In this document: one piece after another, positions 10,778 through 20,482 of the stretch
How positions within the stretch are numbered: position 1 is the first letter of the stretch
Layout: each line of letters starts with the position of its first letter
Translations under genes and position numbers: made by a program
Origin: an uncultured Pseudomonadales bacterium
GTDB lineage: Bacteria; Pseudomonadota; Gammaproteobacteria; Pseudomonadales; UBA7239
Direction: 5' to 3'
Assembly: GCA_964655625.1 (NCBI GenBank)
Contig: CAZZNL010000001.1
Coordinates: 11,882-36,767, forward strand
Length of the DNA stretch: 24,886 nucleotides
The notes under the pieces: model-generated
What the model was told of the DNA's origin: nothing
Seen by the model: the letters and a program-made list of their open reading frames with translations, nothing else
Databases searched by the model: none

Positions 10778-11920
10778 ATGAATCGCTGGCAGCAACACTG
10801 GCATCAACAGCTACAGGAAAGACGCCAGCAACATAAATTGCGTGTACTGCAAATCAACAGCGCGCCAACAGAAAAGGCTTTTATCAGCAATGACTATCTC
10901 TGCTTGGCCTGTCATCCTGCGCTGAAAAAAGCCCTGATCGATGCAACAGAAAAATACGGCGCCAGCAGCAGTGCTTCGCATCTGCTCGGCGGCCACTCGC
11001 ACCCACATCAACAACTGGAAGAAGCACTCGCCGCTTTCACCGGTCGCGACCGCGCACTGCTTTTTTCTACCGGCTATATGGCCAACCTCGGCGTGTTGAC
11101 GGCGCTATTGCACAAAGGCGATTGCGTGCTGCAAGACAAACTCAATCACGCATCGCTACTCGATGGCGGTTTGGCCTGTGGCGCAGACTTTCGTCGTTAT
11201 TTACACGCCGATTGCAACAGCCTGGAAAAACATTTACAGCGCAGCGGCGATAAAAAAACCTTGGTCGCCACCGATAGCGTATTCAGTATGGATGGTGATA
11301 TCGCCCCGCTGCCGCAACTGGCTGCACTGTGTCGCGCGCAAGATGCACTGCTGATGGTAGACGATGCGCACGGCTTTGGTGTGTTGGGCAAAAGTGGTGC
11401 CGGTAGTTGTGAACATTTTTCCCTCTCACAACAAGATGTGCCGATTTTGATGGGAACCTTTGGCAAGGCGCTGGGCAGTTTCGGCGCCTTTGTTGCCGGT
11501 TCGCAGGATTTGATCGAGATACTGATCCAATTCGCCAGACCCTTTATTTACACAACGGCGCTGCCGCCCGCACAAGCCGCCGTCACCACGGCGGCACTGA
11601 CACTGCTAAACACCGAGAGCTGGCGGCGAGAAAAACTGCAACAGCACATTCATTTTTTTCGCCAACAAGCCGCGCTGCGCAATCTTCCTCTGCTCGACTC
11701 CCCCACAGCCATTCAACCCATTGTGATCGGCAGCAGCGAACGCACCATGCGCATAGACCAGGCACTGCGGCAGCGCGGTTTTCTCGTCGGTGCCGTGCGG
11801 CCACCCACCGTTGCCGACAGTGCGGCGCGTCTGCGCATCACTTTATCAGCGGCACACGATGAGGCAGATATTGTGCAATTACTGGACGCCATTGCCGCTT
11901 GTCTGCAGGCGACGCAATGA
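10778..11920 (+). CDS. bioF: 8-amino-7-oxononanoate synthase
   Basis: SNDYL, STGYMAN, LNHAS, FSMDGD, VDDAHG, GTFGKALG (PLP Lys), RPPTV. Confidence 0.97.
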   Translation: MNRWQQHWHQQLQERRQQHKLRVLQINSAPTEKAFISNDYLCLACHPALKKALIDATEKYGASSSASHLLGGHSHPHQQLEEALAAFTGRDRALLFSTGYMANLGVLTALLHKGDCVLQDKLNHASLLDGGLACGADFRRYLHADCNSLEKHLQRSGDKKTLVATDSVFSMDGDIAPLPQLAALCRAQDALLMVDDAHGFGVLGKSGAGSCEHFSLSQQDVPILMGTFGKALGSFGAFVAGSQDLIEILIQFARPFIYTTALPPAQAAVTTAALTLLNTESWRREKLQQHIHFFRQQAALRNLPLLDSPTAIQPIVIGSSERTMRIDQALRQRGFLVGAVRPPTVADSAARLRITLSAAHDEADIVQLLDAIAACLQATQ

Positions 11921-13428
11921 ACAACACACCACTGGTTCTACTGCACGGCTGGGGCTTCAGTAGTCGCATCTGGCAGCCTCTGCTTCACGCGCTGCACGAC
12001 AGGGGTTGCACTGCCGTTTTTTCAATAGACCTGCCAGGTTTTGGCACAGCGTTTCACGAACCCTGTGCCACTTACGAACAACTGCTGCACTTCATTGTTG
12101 AGCAGCTGCCCGAAAAATGTGCATTGGGCGGCTGGTCTCTGGGCGGTATGCTCGCATTGCAGATCGCCGCGCGCTATCCGGAAAAAATTACTCACGTCAT
12201 CACCATGGGCAGCAATTTGCATTTCACTCAGGATCAGGACTGGCCTGGCATGGAAGCAGAAAACTATGCCCAGTTCTGTCAACGCTTCGCCGCACAACCG
12301 CAAAAAACCTGGCAGCGTTTTCTCGCACTGCAAACACGCGGCGAAGCGCACGTCGAACAAACCGACCAACAATTATTGGCACTGGCGGATTTTTCTGACT
12401 TGCAGCCACACACGGCAGAGCGTTTGCTGGCCGTGCTTGGAGAAATAGACAATCGAACATCTTTTGCTGCGCTGCCTGTTCCCGGTTTGCATTTTCTCGC
12501 AGAGCGCGATGCCATCACCCCTGTCAGTATTGCTGCGCCACTTCGCCACATCAATCCACAACAACGCGTTACGGTGCTCCATGAATGCGGTCATGCGTTT
12601 CCGCTGTCACAGCCGCAACAACTGGCCGAGCAGATACACCATTTTCTCCACACACAGATCGGCCACTTTCCTTCACGCACCAATATTGCACGTTCTTTTT
12701 CTCGTGCGGCGACCTCCTACAATCACGCTGCACGCCTACAAAAAACCGTGAGCGAAGCACTGGTTGCCACTTTGCCATCACAACTAACCGGCAATATTAT
12801 TGATCTCGGTTGCGGCACAGGATTTATCAGCCAAGCACTGCAGAAAAAAAATCCATCGACGACTGTTTTTTCTATAGACCTCGCTGCAGGCATGTTGCAA
12901 CAAGCGCGACAACACACGGCCTTGGTCGGCATACAGGCCGACATGACGCAACTGCCACTGGCTGCGCACAGTGCAGACTGGCTATTGTCTAGCTTGGCTC
13001 TGCAATGGGTAGAAAATCCGCTGGCCTGTTTTCAAGAATGGCGCCGCGTATTAACACCGGGCGGCCAGTTGTTATTTGCGACACTACTGCCCGGCACATT
13101 GCACGAATTGCAGCAGTGTTGGCAGTGCGTCGATGATCGTGTGCACATCAATCGTTTTATTGCACAGCCGGTTTTATTGCAGGCGCTGCGCGATGCAGGC
13201 TTTACCCACATCGACGAACTACCTGCCAAGCACACGCTCTACTATCCACAACTGCACGATCTCGCGCAGGAATTAAAAAATATTGGCGCTCACAATATGA
13301 ATAGCGGCAGACCCAAAGGTTTAACCGGCAAACAGCGCTGGGCGCAATTAATTGCCCAGTATGAAACACTGCGCACCGATCGCGGCCTGCCCGCCACTTA
13401 CGAGGTGTTGTATGTCACCGCTCACTAA
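11917..13428 (+). CDS. bioHC: Fused BioH (pimeloyl-ACP methyl ester esterase)-BioC (malonyl-ACP O-methyltransferase)
   Basis: N half: LLHGWG, DLPGFG, GWSLGG nucleophile elbow, D...H triad. C half: IARSFSRAATSY, DLGCGTG, SSLALQW, LKNIGAH, LPATY. ATGA overlap with the bioF stop. Confidence 0.93.
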   Translation: MNNTPLVLLHGWGFSSRIWQPLLHALHDRGCTAVFSIDLPGFGTAFHEPCATYEQLLHFIVEQLPEKCALGGWSLGGMLALQIAARYPEKITHVITMGSNLHFTQDQDWPGMEAENYAQFCQRFAAQPQKTWQRFLALQTRGEAHVEQTDQQLLALADFSDLQPHTAERLLAVLGEIDNRTSFAALPVPGLHFLAERDAITPVSIAAPLRHINPQQRVTVLHECGHAFPLSQPQQLAEQIHHFLHTQIGHFPSRTNIARSFSRAATSYNHAARLQKTVSEALVATLPSQLTGNIIDLGCGTGFISQALQKKNPSTTVFSIDLAAGMLQQARQHTALVGIQADMTQLPLAAHSADWLLSSLALQWVENPLACFQEWRRVLTPGGQLLFATLLPGTLHELQQCWQCVDDRVHINRFIAQPVLLQALRDAGFTHIDELPAKHTLYYPQLHDLAQELKNIGAHNMNSGRPKGLTGKQRWAQLIAQYETLRTDRGLPATYEVLYVTAH

Positions 13429-13774
13429 TGCAGTAGCGCGCCTACCGCGCTGGTGTTGGCTGTTGTTATTTTGGTGCGCTTGGTGCGCGGCAACTGCTGT
13501 CATGTTGTTGCCCGCCAGCCAGTTACCTACCGTCAATATTTGGGATAAAGCTGAGCACGCCGGCACGTTTGCCGTGTTGATGCTGCTGGCTGCACCCGCC
13601 TATCGACACTGCACGTTGGAGATCATTGCCGCACTACTGGTGGTATACGGTGCGACCATTGAAAGCATTCAGCACTTTATTCCATCGCGCAGCTTCAGCC
13701 TGCTGGATATCGTGGCAGACAGCGTTGGTGTCATCGCTGGTGCGCTGTTGCTGCGCAGGATAAAACAACCGTGA
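13412..13774 (+). CDS. VanZ-like family small membrane protein
   Basis: WDKAEHAGTF ... YGATIESIQHFIPSRSFSLLDIVAD motif; GAGGTG RBS before ATG 13412; overlaps bioHC and bioD. Confidence 0.85.
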   Translation: MSPLTNAVARLPRWCWLLLFWCAWCAATAVMLLPASQLPTVNIWDKAEHAGTFAVLMLLAAPAYRHCTLEIIAALLVVYGATIESIQHFIPSRSFSLLDIVADSVGVIAGALLLRRIKQP

Positions 13775-14400
13775 CACGCGAACAGTTTTTTATCACTGGC
13801 ACCGATACCGATGTGGGAAAAACGTTCATCGCCTGCCACTTGCTACGCACTGCGCAACAGCGCGGCTTACGCAGCTTGGGGCTCAAACCTCTCGCTGCCG
13901 GCGCACAATTAACGGCTGACGGTTTGCGCAATTCGGATGCGCTGCTGTTGCAACAATACGCATCCGTGCAACTGCCGTATGCGCAGATCAATCCCTATTG
14001 TTTTGCGGAAGCTGTGGCACCACATATTGCCGCCGCACAACAACAAACTGCATTGCGCGCAACGGCGATAGCACAAACACTGCACCAAACACTGAACAGC
14101 TGTGCATACGATTACGCGGTGATTGAAGGCGCAGGCGGTTGGCGCGTGCCACTGAACAACAACGAAACACTGGCCGATGTGGCGCGTTTACTGCAATTGC
14201 CCGTGATCTTGGTCGTCGGCATGAAACTGGGCTGCCTCAATCACGCCCTGCTCACCGCTGAGGCCATTCGCGCCGATGGTCTGCATCTCCACGGCTGGAT
14301 CGCCAATGATTTGGGCAATCCCATGCCGCAGTTGGCAGAAAATATCAGGGCGCTGGAACAGCGAATGCCAGCGCCCCGTATGGATGTGTCGTTGCCGTAA
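13771..14400 (+). CDS. bioD: Dethiobiotin synthetase
   Basis: FITGTDTDVGKT, KPLAAG, IEGAGG, LGCLNHALLT. Confidence 0.97.
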   Translation: MTREQFFITGTDTDVGKTFIACHLLRTAQQRGLRSLGLKPLAAGAQLTADGLRNSDALLLQQYASVQLPYAQINPYCFAEAVAPHIAAAQQQTALRATAIAQTLHQTLNSCAYDYAVIEGAGGWRVPLNNNETLADVARLLQLPVILVVGMKLGCLNHALLTAEAIRADGLHLHGWIANDLGNPMPQLAENIRALEQRMPAPRMDVSLP

Positions 14401-14421
14401 TGTGCAATCTCGCTGTGCGCG

Positions 14422-14857
<436 letters not shown>

Positions 14858-14878
14858 AAAAAGCCATCGGCTGCCGTT

Positions 14879-15694
14879 TCAATCCTCAGGCTCGTAACAG
14901 TCCAAAATATCGCGCACCAACCCGCTGCGCACAATATCGCTGCGCTCAAATTCATGCACATAGACATGCCGCAAATTCGCCAGTCTATTCACCGCATCAG
15001 CCAAACCGTTTTCGCCGCGTATATCGCTCTGTCTGACATCGCCATTGACGACCACTTTGCAATTTTCGCCAATGCGCGTCAGAAACATTTTCATCTGTGC
15101 AATCGAGGTATTCTGCGCTTCATCCAGGATCACAAAATTCTTGTGGCTGAATGTTTTCCCGCGCATAAACGCCAGCGGCGCCGCCACAATGCGACCGTGG
15201 CGAATACAGTAATCCACCGTGCCTGCACCGAGACGCTCGTTGAGTATGTCGCGAAACGCTTCGATATACACAGCAAACTTTTCATCGACTGCACCGGGCA
15301 GAAACCCCAGTTGCTCACCGGCCTCTACCGCAGGGCGCGTGAGAATAATGCGTTCGATTTGCCCGGCTTCCAGCGCCTCCGCCGCCAGCGACGCGGCACA
15401 ATAACTTTTTCCCGTTCCTGCAGGGCCGATACCAAATGTTAAACAGTGATTGCGAATGGCGCTGATGTAGCGCTGTTGCGCCGGTGTTCTGGCAATTAAC
15501 GGTTGTAGCGTGCGTTGGGCGGCATACGCCGTATCGAGATGTTGTTGCGCGGGATTGATTTCGACAACATCGGCACTGCGCCGCTGCCTGCGGCTGTGAC
15601 GTCGAGATTCTTTCATCCCGCGATCACTGACCCCCCGATTGCCGTTGTCCCTGTGTGAAAACCCCTGTTGCTTGGCGTACGATTTTTTTGCCAT
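14879..15694 (-). CDS. phoH: PhoH-family ATPase with Arg-rich N-terminal extension
   Basis: GPAGTGKS Walker A, LTRPAVEAGEQLGFLPG, AFMRGKTF, ILDEAQN, GDVRQSD, DIVRS; ATG 15694. Confidence 0.92.
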   Translation of the reverse strand: MAKKSYAKQQGFSHRDNGNRGVSDRGMKESRRHSRRQRRSADVVEINPAQQHLDTAYAAQRTLQPLIARTPAQQRYISAIRNHCLTFGIGPAGTGKSYCAASLAAEALEAGQIERIILTRPAVEAGEQLGFLPGAVDEKFAVYIEAFRDILNERLGAGTVDYCIRHGRIVAAPLAFMRGKTFSHKNFVILDEAQNTSIAQMKMFLTRIGENCKVVVNGDVRQSDIRGENGLADAVNRLANLRHVYVHEFERSDIVRSGLVRDILDCYEPED

Positions 15695-15881
15695 GGTTAA
15701 CGAACCCCCCGGTTCAGTTAAAAATGTCGTCAAAATCTTGCTGTGCTATTTCATCATCACTTTTCTTTTGTTGCGCAGCGCCTCTCCTTCTCCATGCCGC
15801 GCGCTTTGGGCTACTAGACTCTCTTGCTCGAGAACTGTCAATAAAAATTTTCTCCTCTGACAATGTTTTTTATTAGGTATC

Positions 15882-16445
15882 ATGTACGTCCATTGTTTGA
15901 TGATTGACGCGCCCGTCTCGCCGATGACCCTGTACGACCTCTCCACGGAAGCTGCGGCCGCCGAAGGCCTGCGCGCCGGTATGCGCCGACTGGCCGCCAG
16001 TGTCTGCGTGATTACGGCTGTCGATGCCAACGGGCAGCGCCACGCGATGACAGCGACGTCCGTGACCTCGGTGTCGGATGCCCCGGCCTCCCTGCTGGTC
16101 TGCGTCAACTGCCTGGCCACCATGCACAATATTTTGGCTGTTGGCGGCGCCTTTGCCGTCAACGTGCTGTCTGCGCATCAAGCCGATATTTCTGCGCAGT
16201 GTGCCAGCGGTGAAACTGGCGAGCCGCGTTTCAGCACTGGCGAGTGGGATAGCGCCCACGGCCTGCCCTGGCTGCGCGACGCTCAAGCGGTGTTTTTTTG
16301 CAACAGCGCCGCGCGCATGACCCACGGCACCCACCTGATCGTCGTCGGCAATGTGCACGAAGTGCGCGTCTCGAAAGAATTTGTCAATCCACTGCTCTAC
16401 GCTGACGGCCAGTACCGCCAGCTTCATCAGGAACCCCACTCATGA
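15882..16445 (+). CDS. Flavin reductase family protein (HpaC/RutF-like)
   Basis: MRRLAASVCVIT, MTATSVTSVS..PASLLVCV, FAVNVL, GTHLIVVG, PLLY; the exact start is uncertain (15882/15900/15924). Confidence 0.9.
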   Translation: MYVHCLMIDAPVSPMTLYDLSTEAAAAEGLRAGMRRLAASVCVITAVDANGQRHAMTATSVTSVSDAPASLLVCVNCLATMHNILAVGGAFAVNVLSAHQADISAQCASGETGEPRFSTGEWDSAHGLPWLRDAQAVFFCNSAARMTHGTHLIVVGNVHEVRVSKEFVNPLLYADGQYRQLHQEPHS

Positions 16446-18013
16446 CTGCTGCCCCTCAAACCATTCCGCAATTAGTGCAAACGGCTGCACAGCGTTTTGC
16501 CGATCACAGCGCCATCGAAGACGGCGATATACGTCTGAGCTACACCGAACTGGAGCAAGCGCGTGTGCGCGCCGCAAAAGCATTCATCGCCGCAGGGATA
16601 CAACACGGCGATCGCATTGCCGTGTGGGCACCCAATATCGCTGAATGGATTTTGGCCGCCATCGGTCTGCAATCACTCGGCGCTATTCTGGTGCCGGTCA
16701 ATACGCGCATGAAAGGCGCTGAAGCAGGCTATGTGTTGCGCGCCAGCGGCGCAAAATTATTGCTGACGGTTTCCGGTTTTCTCGACCTCGATTATCCGGC
16801 GATGCTAATCAACGAGTCGCTGCCGGATTTGCAGCAAACCATTTGTCTGCGCGGCCAATCGGCGGACTGTATCAGCTGGAACGATTTTCTCCAGCAGGGC
16901 GCAGCCATCAGTGATGCCGATGTCGCGGCACGCACGGCACAAGTCAAAGCCGACGATATTTCTGATTTGATTTTTACTTCTGGCACCACGGGCAATCCCA
17001 AAGGTGTGAAAACCGGCCACGCACAAAACATCAAAGTGTTTACTGTCTGGTCAGAGCTCGGTGCGCTCACAGAAAAAGATCGCTATTTGATCGTCAATCC
17101 TTTTTTCCATTCTTTCGGCTACAAAGCGGGATGGCTCGCGTGTTTGATTCGCGGCACCACCATTTTGCCGATGGCGGTGTTTGATGCCAAAGAAATTCTG
17201 GCGCGCATCGGCCGCGATCGCATCTCGGTGCTGCCCGGCCCGCCGACGCTGTACCAAACCATACTGGCCTTCCCGAATTTGCAAGATTTTGATATTTCCT
17301 GCTTGCGCCTCGCTGTCACTGGCGCAGCGGCCATTCCCGTGTCGCTCGTGCATCAGATGCGCAATGAGCTAGGCTTCAAAACCGTGCTCACCGCTTACGG
17401 TTTAACCGAGAGCTGCGGCATGGTCAGCATGTGTCGCGATGGCGATGACGCTGAAATTATCGCCACCACATCCGGCCGCGCCATTCCCGATGTAGACGTG
17501 CGCTGTATTGATGAACACGGCAAAGAAGTTGCGCGCGGCGAACCAGGTGAAATCGTGGTGCGCGGTTACAACGTGATGCAAGGTTATTTCAACAACGCAG
17601 AAGAAACTGCCAAAGCAATTGACGCTGACGGCTGGTTGCACACCGGCGATATCGGAGTGATGGACAACAACGGCTATTTGAAAATTACCGATCGCATGAA
17701 AGACATGTTCATCGTCGGCGGCTTCAACTGCTATCCCGCAGAAATTGAAAACATGCTGGCCACCTGTGAAGGCGTCGCGCAATCCGCTGTCATCGGCATT
17801 CCCGATGAACGCATGGGTGAGGTGGCCATGGCATATATCGTCGCCAAACCCGGTGCCGATATCAGTGCCGAAAAAATTATCGCCTGGTGCAAACAGAACA
17901 TGGCCAATTACAAAGTGCCGCGCCGTGTAGAAATCATCGACGCATTTCCATTGAATGCCACCGGCAAAGTCATGAAGTTTGTCTTGCGCGATCGCGCACT
18001 AGGCAAAGCGTAA
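16442..18013 (+). CDS. Acyl-CoA synthetase, FadD3-like AMP-binding family
   Basis: IFTSGTTGNPKG, NPFFHSFGYKAG, AYGLTE, GWLHTGD, DRMKDMFIVGGFN, NATGKV. Confidence 0.9.
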   Translation: MTAAPQTIPQLVQTAAQRFADHSAIEDGDIRLSYTELEQARVRAAKAFIAAGIQHGDRIAVWAPNIAEWILAAIGLQSLGAILVPVNTRMKGAEAGYVLRASGAKLLLTVSGFLDLDYPAMLINESLPDLQQTICLRGQSADCISWNDFLQQGAAISDADVAARTAQVKADDISDLIFTSGTTGNPKGVKTGHAQNIKVFTVWSELGALTEKDRYLIVNPFFHSFGYKAGWLACLIRGTTILPMAVFDAKEILARIGRDRISVLPGPPTLYQTILAFPNLQDFDISCLRLAVTGAAAIPVSLVHQMRNELGFKTVLTAYGLTESCGMVSMCRDGDDAEIIATTSGRAIPDVDVRCIDEHGKEVARGEPGEIVVRGYNVMQGYFNNAEETAKAIDADGWLHTGDIGVMDNNGYLKITDRMKDMFIVGGFNCYPAEIENMLATCEGVAQSAVIGIPDERMGEVAMAYIVAKPGADISAEKIIAWCKQNMANYKVPRRVEIIDAFPLNATGKVMKFVLRDRALGKA

Positions 18014-18024
18014 AAGGTTTACTC

Positions 18025-18477
18025 GTGGCCATTATCACTCGCAACACCATCAACCCTTATCGCATGACGCCACTGAAATGGCTTGGCCTGGTGCTGCTCG
18101 CCGTATTTTTTGCCGGTGGCGCTGCCAGTCATTTTCTGTTCCCCGATGATTTTGCGGCGATCGTGCCGCCGTGGATGCCCTACCCGCGCGAAACGGTATT
18201 CGCCACCGGCGCATTGGAAATATTGTTTGCAGGACTACTGTTTGTCCCTGCTGCGCGACCGCGTGTCGCACTGTGGATCGCCGTGTACTGTTTGGCAGTG
18301 TTGCCAGCGAACTTCCACATGCTCAACAACAACATCCCCATGTTTGGGCAACAATTCCCACCAGCGGCGCTGTATGCTCGCATCGCCTTGCAAGCTGGTG
18401 TCATTGCACTGGCGCTGTGGGCCGCCAATGGCAAAGCGCACTTGGTGCGCTACGGTTTATCGGGTTTGTTTCGCTAG
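18025..18477 (+). CDS. DoxX-like membrane protein
   Basis: FAGGAASHF..P..F..IVPPWMP, TGALE, AVLPANFHM, RIALQ; four hydrophobic segments; GTG 18025 (or ATG 18064). Confidence 0.75.
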   Translation: MAIITRNTINPYRMTPLKWLGLVLLAVFFAGGAASHFLFPDDFAAIVPPWMPYPRETVFATGALEILFAGLLFVPAARPRVALWIAVYCLAVLPANFHMLNNNIPMFGQQFPPAALYARIALQAGVIALALWAANGKAHLVRYGLSGLFR

Positions 18478-18482
18478 CCATC

Positions 18483-20075
18483 TCAAACCCTATCATACTG
18501 GGCGTAGTACGCCGCCAGATATTCGGCGAAAGTTTTTTGCGGCACCGCTGCTTCCAGTTCACGCTGCTTCTGTAATGACAAGGCCGCCGCTTCAATAAAA
18601 TACTGGCGCTGCGTATCAGGCAAGCTGTGTGCAGAAAAATACGCTGCGTGCTGCGACGACAGTTCATTAACCAACTGGAAAAATGATTTGTGCTGCTGCG
18701 CCATCTGCTGCAACAGACGCGCAGCAGTAGTGCGCCCACTATCATCCAACTTTTGTTGCTGGTTGATCACACTGTGGCTATATGCATCTCCACCGTAGGC
18801 TGCATCTAGCTGTTCTGCGCAAATTTTTATCTCTGCCATAAATGATTGCGCCCACTCAGTCACGGAGCGCAATCCCGCACTGCTTTCCAGCTGCAAGCCA
18901 GGATCGCGGCCGCGCTCTACAGTAGCCTTTTGATTGCGCGCCAAACGAAAATATTCTTCTTCATCCGTGAGCGGGCTGTCACTCAATAAACACCACAACA
19001 AAAACGCTTCAATAAAATGTGCAGTGTCGCTATCAATACCGACAGGCAAGTAAGGATCCAAATCCAAACAGCGCACTTCAATGTATTCCACACCGCGCTC
19101 ATGCAGCGCCAGAATCGGCGTCTCTCCGGGCGCAGCAACGCGCTTGGGTCTGATCGTGCTGTAAAACTCATTTTCAATTTGCAATAAATTGGCGCTGAGT
19201 TGGCGGTAATGGCCGGATGCGTCACAGACACCAATGGCTTCATACGCTGGGTATGGCGTGGTTAGACCCTTCTTCAAGGTGTGGATATAACTGGGCAGAC
19301 CGTTGTAACACACCATCAAACCCGACTGCGCATTGCTCTGATAACCGAGATCACCCATCCGCAAAGACGTGGCAAACGGCAAATGCAAACTGTTGTTCTT
19401 CTCGCCAAACGGCTGTAAGCCATGCGCGCGCCCTTTGACAAAGCTGGGACACAGCGCCGGCGAAGCGCCAAACAAAAACAGCAACAACCAGAGATGGCGG
19501 CGGAAATTGCGGATCAAATCAAAATAACGCTGTGTTTTGAACGCCTGCAAACTACCGGTCTCTTGTTCCACTTGCTGCAAAACAAGCCAGAAACTATCGG
19601 GAAAAGAGACGTTGTAGTGAATGCCGGCGATGGTCTGCATCAAACGCCCATAGCGATGCCCCAAACCTTCGCGATAAATGGTTTTCATGCGCGCAGTGTG
19701 AGTGCTGCCGTATTGCGCTAGAGGAATATCACTATCTGCCGACAACACGCAGGGCATACTGGACACCCACAGTCTTTCCTGTTGCGCCGACAAAATCGAA
19801 TAAGTGTACGCATGGATGCTGTGCAACCACGCCAGCGTCTCATCCACTGTATGGCAAGCAGGTGTAATAAATTCCAACAACGCTTCTGAAAAATCGGTGG
19901 TGATATTGGCATGCTTAAAAGCAGAGCCCAACGCTTGCGGGTGCGGTGTTTGCGCCAACAACCCGTCTGGCGTTACGCGCAAACTTTCCTTTTCTACGCC
20001 ACGGCGCATGTCGCGTAATGCACTGATGCCAGCCGCTTGTTGCAAGCCCGACAAACGCGCTGCAAACACACTCAT
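18483..20075 (-). CDS. gshA: Glutamate--cysteine ligase
   Basis: RGVEKESLR, ITTDFSEALLEFITP, IAGIHYN, TSLRMGDLGY, LQIENEFYS, EYIEVR. Confidence 0.98.
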   Translation of the reverse strand: MSVFAARLSGLQQAAGISALRDMRRGVEKESLRVTPDGLLAQTPHPQALGSAFKHANITTDFSEALLEFITPACHTVDETLAWLHSIHAYTYSILSAQQERLWVSSMPCVLSADSDIPLAQYGSTHTARMKTIYREGLGHRYGRLMQTIAGIHYNVSFPDSFWLVLQQVEQETGSLQAFKTQRYFDLIRNFRRHLWLLLFLFGASPALCPSFVKGRAHGLQPFGEKNNSLHLPFATSLRMGDLGYQSNAQSGLMVCYNGLPSYIHTLKKGLTTPYPAYEAIGVCDASGHYRQLSANLLQIENEFYSTIRPKRVAAPGETPILALHERGVEYIEVRCLDLDPYLPVGIDSDTAHFIEAFLLWCLLSDSPLTDEEEYFRLARNQKATVERGRDPGLQLESSAGLRSVTEWAQSFMAEIKICAEQLDAAYGGDAYSHSVINQQQKLDDSGRTTAARLLQQMAQQHKSFFQLVNELSSQHAAYFSAHSLPDTQRQYFIEAAALSLQKQRELEAAVPQKTFAEYLAAYYAQYDRV

Positions 20076-20446
20076 TGTGCGGCCAGCTCCGCATTATCTG
20101 CACCATCTTCTGCAGCTCTTTCTGAGACTTCTTCTGCAACTTCTACACTGACATCGTCATCATCGTCTGGTAGTGCAGCTTCTTCTGGTTCATCAAATGT
20201 TACCGGTGCCGTGCGCCGCGCCACACTGGCATCACCCAGCAGCGGAATATCCTTGTCGTTGATCGGACATTGCAACAATACCAAGCGCTGCTCAATATCG
20301 CGTGCATTGTTTTCTATCAGATGATTTAGCGCGACATCGCGATGCGGTGAACGCCACACCGCAGCCGGCTCATTCTCATCGAGCCACTGCCCTTGTTTGC
20401 CGAGAAACTGGCCGTGCTGATTGCCGACGATAAAGACTTCTTTCAT
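20072..20446 (-). CDS. Hypothetical protein with acidic C-terminal tail, overlapping the gshA start
   Basis: 124-aa ORF filling the gap, ATGA overlap with gshA, AAGG RBS upstream. Confidence 0.7.
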   Translation of the reverse strand: MKEVFIVGNQHGQFLGKQGQWLDENEPAAVWRSPHRDVALNHLIENNARDIEQRLVLLQCPINDKDIPLLGDASVARRTAPVTFDEPEEAALPDDDDDVSVEVAEEVSERAAEDGADNAELAAQ

Positions 20447-20482
20447 GCAGAACCTTGCTATCCCAATGTTGCGTTAATGATT

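Noticed and set aside
15746..15800. Tiny upstream ORFs in the phoH leader (MEKERRCATKEK, MMK)
   Set aside because: Too short to support without conservation or ribosome data.
15834..15862. Pho box upstream of phoH
   Set aside because: Only single CTGTCA/TTGTCA half-sites in inverted orientation; no 11-bp-periodic direct repeat.
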